Part shown: in pieces, positions 55,108 through 64,000 of the stretch
Layout: each line of letters starts with the position of its first letter
Numbering within the stretch: the stretch's first letter is position 1
DNA from: Octopus vulgaris
Lineage: Eukaryota
Direction of reading: 5' to 3'
NCBI GenBank assembly: GCA_951406725.2
Contig: OX597817.1
Span: 88,908,001 to 88,972,000 of the forward strand
DNA: 64,000 nt
Made by a program: the position numbers and the translations under genes
The notes under the pieces: model-generated
Told to the model about the DNA's origin: nothing
The model's input: only the letters and a program-made list of their open reading frames with translations
Databases searched by the model: none

Positions 55108-55231
<124 letters not shown>

Positions 55232-55314
55232 GGTCCCGGGTTGATTCGGGGTTAACCACAGTAAATAAGGTACTCAATACATAGCAGAGTAAAATTAATT
55301 TATTATATAGAAGG

Positions 55315-55365
55315 AGCTTCTACAGGACTAGAACTGTTTCATTCAAGAGAAATCTTCAGGAAGCT
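55315..55365 (-). ncRNA. type I hammerhead ribozyme candidate (inverted copy)
   Basis: Exact reverse complement of 60003-60053. Confidence 0.72.
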
Positions 55366-55470
55366 AGTTAACAAGAATTGTATTGGCATTTATACATTTA
55401 GGCAGGTTTAAAGGGGTGTTGTTGGGGGACTTTTTGGGGGTAGGCATAGCGCAAAATATCATACTTAGGT

Positions 55471-56757
55471 GTGATCCTCCACGCACGTAAGACTTTTCTT
55501 TTCTATGACGGATCCCACTGGATCAACAAAAAATCTGTGACCCCCTTCGACGTCAGCATGGGTGCTAACGACTCTGCTGAAATAAGTGACCTAGTGGGCC
55601 TTTTCATCCTCCATAGGCTGAAAACCCTATTCACAGGCCTCTCCGGTGGTCTTTACCGCGATGACGGCCTTTTCGCCCTCCACAAAATAAACCCCAGGAC
55701 CACGGATGGGTTCCGGAAAAATCTTTACACCTTCTTTAAAAACTTAGGCCTTAGGATTACCTTAGAATCCAACTTAACAAAAGCTAACTTCCTTGATGTC
55801 ACCCTCGACTTAAAAACCTCACTTTATTACCCGTACCACAAACCGAATGAATCCCTTAGATATATAGATATTAATTCCAACCACCCCAAAAATATATTAG
55901 ATAACCTAGTAAAAAGTGTCTCAATTAGAATTTCTAGCCTGTCCGCCACGGAAGATATCTTTAGGGCCGCAGCCCCCTATTACAACGAGGCCCTGGCCCG
56001 CAGTGGCTTTAAAGATAAGATTACCTATACTAGTATAGCCCCACGCCAACCCAGGAAAAATAGACGAAGACACATTAGCTGGTACAACCCCCCCTTCAAC
56101 CGTGAGGTCGCTACACCTGTAGCTAAAATCTTCTTCACTCTCCTACAGAAACACTTCCCCACCCAACATAAGTACTACACTATCCTAAATAAGAACACTA
56201 TTAGACTCTCCTACTCTACCACGCCCAATCTAGCCAGGAACCTAGCCAACAACAATGTGAAAAAACTTAACATATCTACTTTTTCCGAGGCCCATCCAAC
56301 GTCCGATAGCAATTGCAACTGCCCTGATAAAACCACCTGCCCCCTCAACAACAACTGCCTACAGAGGGACCTAGTATATACATGCGAGGTAAGATCAGGC
56401 CCTGACGATAAAAGAAAATCCTACATCGGAATGACGTCAAACAGCTTTAAGACCCGTTGGTACGCACACACACACTCGTTCCGGCGACAGGATAAATCCA
56501 ACCAAACTACCCTCGCCGCCCACATCTGGTACCTTAAAAGGAACTCCATCCCCTTCAAGACCAAGTGGACACTACTACAGAAGGCGCGCTCGTACACAGG
56601 AGGCCATACCTGCTGTGACCTCTGCATATCGGAGAGCCTAGAGATCTTGTTCGCCAAAGGCCCTCTCCTTAACAAAATCTCAGAACACTCCCCAAATTGC
56701 ATGCATAAGAAGTATGCGAACTACAAGAACTATAGACCTACCCGGCAACCAGATTGA
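55471..56757 (+). CDS. Penelope-like RT C-terminal half plus GIY-YIG endonuclease (5' truncated, no internal stops)
   Basis: FDVSMGANDSAEISDLVG, GLYRDDGL, FLDVTLD, WYNPPF, linker CNCPDKTTCPLNNNC, LVYTCEV..SYIGMT..FKTRWYAH, CDLCISE..LN..CMH. Confidence 0.9.
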   Translation: MILHARKTFLFYDGSHWINKKSVTPFDVSMGANDSAEISDLVGLFILHRLKTLFTGLSGGLYRDDGLFALHKINPRTTDGFRKNLYTFFKNLGLRITLESNLTKANFLDVTLDLKTSLYYPYHKPNESLRYIDINSNHPKNILDNLVKSVSIRISSLSATEDIFRAAAPYYNEALARSGFKDKITYTSIAPRQPRKNRRRHISWYNPPFNREVATPVAKIFFTLLQKHFPTQHKYYTILNKNTIRLSYSTTPNLARNLANNNVKKLNISTFSEAHPTSDSNCNCPDKTTCPLNNNCLQRDLVYTCEVRSGPDDKRKSYIGMTSNSFKTRWYAHTHSFRRQDKSNQTTLAAHIWYLKRNSIPFKTKWTLLQKARSYTGGHTCCDLCISESLEILFAKGPLLNKISEHSPNCMHKKYANYKNYRPTRQPD

Positions 56758-56975
56758 TGACACCCCCCCCCAATCCCACCGTTCCCCTAGCACCCCCGAT
56801 TACCTTTTCTCCTAAGACCTTTCACATATTGTATGTGCACGCCTGTATATGTGTATCGTATATATGTATAGAAATGTATGGGTATAGTAGGAATATACGC
56901 ATGTATTATGTGTGTGTGTGTGTGTGTATGTATGTAAAAAAATATATAAAAATATATATATATATATGTATGTGC

Positions 56976-57006
<31 letters not shown>

Positions 57007-57404
57007 TATATGTATATATGTATATATGTATATATGTGTGTATGCATATGTATGTGTATATGTATGTGTGTATGTATGTGTATGTATGTATAAAATATTA
57101 TATAATTAGGGCTTAGTAAAATAAATTACTTTGCCACATACTGAACTTTCTAGAAATAGCAGCCAAAAAAGTTTTTTAGCCTCTTCCACTACTTAGAGAA
57201 TATTTTCCCTCAGACATTGTTTACTCAAAAAAATAATGGTCCTTTTACACACTGAATACTTAGTGAAATTGATTAATAACTAATTAACTTTACCCTCAAT
57301 TGTTGATATATGTATGTGTGTGTATATATATGTGTATGTATATATATATGTACATGTATGTATATGTGTATGTATGTATGTATATATGTATATATATATA
57401 TGTA

Positions 57405-57449
<45 letters not shown>

Positions 57450-57667
57450 ATATGTGTATTATGTATATATTTATATATATATATATGTATATGTATATGT
57501 ATGTGTGTAAGTATATGTATATATGTGTATATATATGAGTGTACGCGAGTATGTCGATGTATATGTAGGTATGTAGAGTTATGTGTATGTGCATGTATAT
57601 GAGTGTAGATACAAATTGTAGATGTGTATATATATGTGTGTGTATATATACATGTATATAGGTATAT

Positions 57668-57717
<50 letters not shown>

Positions 57718-57958
57718 GCGAGTATGTAGAGATATAAGTATGTGCATGTGTATATATATGTGTGTATATATATGTATAGGTATGTGTATGTGTATGTATG
57801 TATATATATATGTGTGTGTGTATGTATGCATATATGTATGTATGTATGTATGTATATGTGTATGTATATATGTGTGTAAGTGTGTGTATATATGTATATG
57901 TAAGTGTGTGTGCGTGTATGAGTATGTATGTATGTTTACACACATGTATATGTGTGTA

Positions 57959-58005
<47 letters not shown>

Positions 58006-58231
58006 GTGTGTGTGTGTATATGTGTGTATGTGTATGTATGTATGTATATATATGCGTGTGTATGTGTATGTGTATATGTACATATACGTGTACGCTCGTG
58101 TGTTTATGTATATGTAGGTATATGAGTTATCTATGTGTGTATGTATTTGTACATGTGTGTAAGTATGTATATATATATATGTGTATGTGTGTGTGTGTGT
58201 ATATATGTGTGTGTGTGTGTGTATATATATG

Positions 58232-58273
<42 letters not shown>

Positions 58274-58643
58274 AAGTTTATATGTATGTATCCGTCTATA
58301 TAATAGGTAACTGCACGTACATATACTTAATATTTATTATTTATTTTTTGAGTATGCATGTATGAATAACTGCGCGTATATATATTTTACTATTTACTTA
58401 TTTTTTGAGTATGCATGTAAGTATGAATATAAGGAGGCGCGTGTGTGTGTGTGTATGTGTAAGCATAGATATATGTATACTTTTACGCATGTGTGTACTT
58501 ATGTGTATATATGGATGCGCGTGTGTGTGTGTGTGTATGGGTACGCATGTACATGTGTATGTGCGTGTATGTGTATATGAGTATGTATGTATGTGTGTGC
58601 GTATATTTGTATATGTATGTATGTATGTGTATGTGTGTGTATG

Positions 58644-58690
<47 letters not shown>

Positions 58691-58903
58691 ATATGTATGT
58701 ATGTATATGTATATGCGTATGTGTATGTATTTGTATGTGTATGCATGCGCGTATATATATGTATGTATATGTATACGTGTGGGTGTGTGTATGTGTATAA
58801 ATGTATGTATGTATGGATGTATGGATGTATGTATGTATGTATACGTATGTATGTGTATGTGTGTATATGTATGTATGTGTATGTGTGTATATATGTGTAT
58901 ATA

Positions 58904-58934
<31 letters not shown>

Positions 58935-58952
58935 GTGTGTATATATATGCGA

Positions 58953-58984
<32 letters not shown>

Positions 58985-60002
58985 ATTTGTATGTAGGTGT
59001 ATATGTATGTGTGTGTATTTATATTTATTGGTGTATATGTATAGACTAGCCTTCTAAGAGTGTAGACATGAATCTGTAGGTACGCGTACGTATGTGTATA
59101 TACGTGAATGTATGTAGATGTATGTATGTATGAATATAACGCGTGCGTGCGTGTATGTGTATGAGTGTACGAATGAGTGAGTGTACGTGCTAAAGAGTGT
59201 GCGTGAGTGAATGAGTGCTTGTTTTCCAGTAGACAGATAAATGGACTGGCTGTCATAGCCAAGATGTTTGTGACCAGCGGTCAAAGATAACAAAAGTAAT
59301 AAATGAAGATAATAAAATTAAAATTAGGGAATGGGTCTGTATTTGTATGTGTATATATATATGTGTGTATGTGTAGGTATGCATAGGTACACATATGTAT
59401 ATATATATATATATGTATGTATATGTATGTGTGTGTATATATGTGTGTATGTGTATATATGTGTATATAGGGACTAGTGTGCTGTGTGTGCATGTGTGTG
59501 TGTGGATATGTGTGTGTATGCGTGTATGTGAGTATGTGTGTGTATGTGTATATATATTTTTCTGTGTGTATATGTATGTGTGGTCGTGTGTGTATATATA
59601 CATGTGTGTATACGTGTATGCATGTGAGTGTGTGTATGTATACATATATGTGTATGTGTAGATATGTATATGTATGTGTAAGTGTATATATATGTATATA
59701 TGTGTGTGTGTATGTATGTGTGTATGTATATGTATATATGTTTGTATGTATGTGTATATATGTATCCATATGTGCATAGGTATAAGTGAGAATCTCCTTA
59801 TTTACCTAAAACTCTATTCCCTTTTTTTATATATATATATTTTTTTATTTTTTTATTTATTCTTCTATCTAATTTAACACTGACTCCTTGACCACTCCCC
59901 CAAGTATGATATCTTGCGCTATGCCTACCCCCAAAAAGTCCCCCACCAACACCCCTTTAAACCTGCCTAAATGTATAAATGCCAATACAATTCTTGTTAA
60001 CT

Positions 60003-60053
60003 AGCTTCCTGAAGATTTCTCTTGAATGAAACAGTTCTAGTCCTGTAGAAGCT
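60003..60053 (+). ncRNA. type I hammerhead ribozyme candidate in the 3' pseudo-LTR
   Basis: agcttc-CTGAAGA-tttctcttgaat-GAAA-cag ttctagtc ctg-TA-gaagct: perfect 6-bp stem I, stem III, GUA site; stem II is short, with a U-U pair at its base. Confidence 0.75.
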
Positions 60054-60067
60054 CCTTCTATATAATA

Positions 60068-60129
<62 letters not shown>

Positions 60130-60356
60130 TATATTTCACACACACTGAATGAAATTACAGTGGGCTCTAACGAAGGACTTATTTAAACAATCACCTGAGG
60201 CAGAGCATTTTACAGCTTGGATGAATGATAATGATTGCATGCTGTTTAGCCAATGTACTATAGACATAAAAATGTGTTGAAACAATTGTAGTGGTTTTAA
60301 GTAAAAATGTCGCTCATTCCATTCTCTATAATTTACCTATAGGCAAATGTGTATGC

Positions 60357-60436
<80 letters not shown>

Positions 60437-60437
<1 letters not shown>

Positions 60438-63400
60438 ATGCTACCTTGGACACGCATCTAGACTATATGGGGTGATACAAAAACAGAAGGGGATGCAAAT
60501 GCCTCAGAGACCTGCTCAGACGATTCCAACTGTCTGACAGGTACCGACTCGACCACCCAAATGCACAATCGTGGACATGGAGCAACCGCAGTGGGTCGTC
60601 GAGATCGTATCTAGATAGGATACTGTGCAGGACAGTAGACAGGGATAATTATGATGTCCACAATTCCACACAGTCAGTTACACGGATCACAAATTCGTAA
60701 CGTGTACGCTAGACTTAGATAAGGCACATAGACAAGGTCCCGGTTACTAGAAACTAAACGCATCTTTCCCGTCCAGACAGGTTTTCAGAGACAGAATCAA
60801 CACGTTAGTAAAGAGGGCTTTAACAGGAGCCATCGTCAACAACAAATGGTGGTTCGCCCTCAAGAGAGCAGTAAAAGCGGAAGCTATTAGATATAGCAAG
60901 GCACTAGCCGTAGATAGAAATAGAGTGGAGGGTGAGTTAGTTAAGAAGTTAGAAGAAGCAATAAGAAGCGGCATCACATCCGACGTTTTAGCGGCGAGGT
61001 TGGCCCTCGACCAACACTTCAACGCCAAACACGAAGGGTGCGCTGTCAGGGCTAGATGGCGTGCTCTAAGAATGGAAGGTGCTGGAGCCGTGAGAGAGGT
61101 CCGAGTGGCGGAGGCGCAGCAGGGCAACAGAGCTACCATTCGGTCTCTGGTAGACGAACAAGGGCGCGAATTGCTCGAGCCCAGCAAGATGTGCGAGGCA
61201 TTTCAGTGGCACTTTGCCCGACTGTACGGGACGAGTGGCGAACGTGAACGCAGGGTGGACTTCAGTGCCTATCTGCACAGCCTGCCACAACTCTCAGAAA
61301 GAGAGGCAGAGTGCTGCGAAGGTGCCATCACGGCGGCGGATGTGCGGGACGCAATGGCAGAATGCTCGAGAGACAAATCGCCGGGTTTGGATGATCTGCC
61401 CTACGAGTTTTACAATTGTATGCCAGACTTGTTTGGAGACGTCTTGGCAGCGGTATACTGCAACTGACAGCAAAACGGGAGCATTCCTGGTTTTGTGAGC
61501 CGAGGAGCCATAACACTGCTGAAGAAAGATCCAAACAAGGGGGACATTATAGATAACTTTAGGCCAATCACTGTTCAAAGCAGACCTGAAAATTTTGACC
61601 AAGGATAGCTGCCTTGTACAGAGGTATCCGTTCGGTAATTCGCGTAAATGGACATCTATCGAGACCTTTCGACATTGCACGTTCGGTCCGTCAGGGATGC
61701 CCCTCTCGTCGCATCTCTACGTATTGACTCTCGAGCCACTACTGCGGAAGCTGGCGACTCTGAGGGGCATCCCGCGAGAATTGGGATGCGGGACGAGCGT
61801 GTCTGCATACGCGAACGACGTCAACGTCATAGTGTCAAGCCACGAGCACATCGAGCTGGTCGGTGAGACATTGAAAGACTACGAAGCGGTGACAGGAGCA
61901 AAAATCAACCGGGAAAAGTCAGTGAGCTTGCGGCTCGGCACCTGGAGAAGCAAGCCCATGCCGTCCACCAGCACCTCCGTCGTGGGACGCTGGACGGACG
62001 GCCCGGTCGAGTTGCTCGGGGTCTGGTTCGGTCCGGACCTCCAAATGGAGAACTGGAACGAGATAACGAGTAGGGTGGTCACTCTCGCCCGGCAATGGGC
62101 CGAGAGGAAACAGTCCCTAAAGGGTCGTGCGGAGGTGGCGAACACGTACATCGCGTCCATCATCTACTACCGCCTGATCGTCGTATCTTGTCCCGACCCT
62201 ACCATCACCAAACTAGAACGCATTCTCTTCCGCTTCTTGTGGAAAGGAAGCGTCCTGATGGTCAGGCGATCCATTTGCTATCAAAACCCGTTAAAAGGAG
62301 GGCTGGACATGCCGTGGTTGATGATGCGCAGACACGCGCTGAGACTGCGACATCTCCGGCTCTACGTAGACGACGATGAACAGGTGTGGTTGCCGTTTGT
62401 GAGGCACGCTTTCCCGCAGCTCGTCTCGATGACAGAACAGCAGTCGTGGATCAAAAAGAGGCCGAGGAAGGGCGAATGGCACTGCGAGTGTCGCGTTGCT
62501 CTCAAGCAACTATGCCGACCCGGGTCGACCTTGAGTGACTTCAACACAACCAAAGCATTCTATAGAGGATTAGTGGAGGAGAGGTACGACGACGATCTTG
62601 GGGCGAACCTGGGCGTCGACGAGGAATACCTGACCCGCCTGTTTGAGAAGACCTTCGGGCCGGGACCTATGGACAACTTCCAGAGATCCCTGGCTTGGCA
62701 GTGCTACCGAGAAGCGCTACCCGTTCGGGATAAGCTCTATAGGCATGTCTCGAGGAACACGGGGTCGACATGCCCGAGATGCGGGCAGAGCGACGAAACC
62801 GTTCTGCACGCAATCGTGCAGTGTCCAACAATCTCCGACCTGTGGGCTTATGTCGAACGACTGCTGTCACGTGTGGGACGTGTCGGTTTATCGTTAATAA
62901 ACCTCACGCCTCCTTCCTTCAAACGGGAAGGAAGAGCTATTTTTATCATACTTGTGGCTATGGCGAAAGAATGTATCTGGTGGACGCGTCTGAAAGGATT
63001 GGAGACAAACACTTTCCTCTCTGGTCAATCTCTCATCAACTTCTTCAAATATCACTTGAAAAGGAAAGTTAGAGTAGAGAGGCAAGTTTTGTCTAGTGAA
63101 TGTTTTAAAAAAAGATGGGTGAATGTAGCAAGGTTGGCACATATGAATGACGAAGCCACCTTGACTATGATCCTATGAAGCGTAAAAATTAATACAGAGA
63201 GTTGCTTATTTGTAAAAAAATATAACAGGTGGCTTCATTGACGAGGTTACCGTGGTCTTTTCCTTAGGCTTTTCTTTCCACGGGTAAACCTCACCTTTCC
63301 TCCCCTTTACACTTTATATTGACATTTCTGTGATAACGATCCCTATTGATCAATTTTTTCCTTTTCCTTTTTTTTCTTTCTTTTCCCTTTTCCTTTTTTT

Positions 63401-63520
63401 TCTCTTTCATTCCATTCACGATCGCTTTTGATCGCAAACCAACCCACCTTTTTTTATCTCCAAAAAGAAAAGCTCTAATTTGTCCCGTCTGTGTGCAGCC
63501 CTGTGTGGCTAATAAAGAAA
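60437..63520 (+). mobile_element. Tx1/L1-like LINE ORF2 pseudogene plus 3' UTR, 5' truncated, within (TATC)n
   Basis: APE remnants WTWSN..SYLDRIL, YTDHKFV, GY*KLN; RT KSPGLDDLPYEFY, NFRPIT, VRQGCPLS, YANDV, LLGVWF; CCHC CPRCGQSDETVLHAIVQC; stops, frameshifts and an internal RT deletion near 61605. Confidence 0.93.
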
Positions 63521-63522
63521 CA

Positions 63523-63600
<78 letters not shown>

Positions 63601-63611
63601 ATAATATAAAT

Positions 63612-63692
<81 letters not shown>

Positions 63693-63726
63693 ATATGTAC
63701 ATACATACACAGATATATATGCATAC

Positions 63727-63857
63727 ATGGGTACAGGACGTCACAAACTGTAAACAACATGAAATACGAAAACAAAAGAATTGAATACATAAACAACGAC
63801 AGAAACAAATGGATAACAGGGCAATGTTGTTTATTTTTTGCGACACCCTGTACCCAT
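63727..63857. repeat. short element with ~21-bp imperfect terminal inverted repeats
   Basis: atgggtacaggacgtcacaaa / tttgcgacaccctgtacccat in a TA-rich microsatellite; a similar left end occurs at ~3731. Confidence 0.6.
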
Positions 63858-63860
63858 ATA

Positions 63861-63895
<35 letters not shown>

Positions 63896-64000
63896 ACAAT
63901 CAAGGAACGGCCATAATAGGCCATTCACCCACTAGAAATAACAGCCAAAAGCTTTAACCGCAAAATAACGTTAATTCCGTAAACCAGGAGAAAATTGAAA

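Overview
This is AT-rich, microsatellite-saturated eukaryotic DNA with no confidently identifiable intact host gene. The SINE families and repeat make-up resemble an octopus (coleoid cephalopod) genome, which is an inference. Nearly all listed ORFs are translations of simple repeats. The real content is a dense set of transposable elements: mariner copies (one full-length, with TIRs and TA target duplication), non-autonomous Helitrons, at least three tRNA-type SINE families, R4/Dong-like, CRE-like, RTE, CR1-like and Tx1/L1-like LINE fragments, a Gypsy-like relic with one LTR, and a 5S rRNA pseudogene. It also holds a young Penelope-like element (RT plus GIY-YIG ORF) bracketed by near-identical inverted repeats that each carry a type I hammerhead ribozyme. 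Other notable items are a hammerhead-bearing ~337-bp partial tandem repeat (retrozyme-like), small (TA)n-embedded fold-back elements, a 5S head fused to a SINE tail, and a SINE that shares its tail with the Tx1-like LINE. Coordinates were read by eye and may be off by a few bases.
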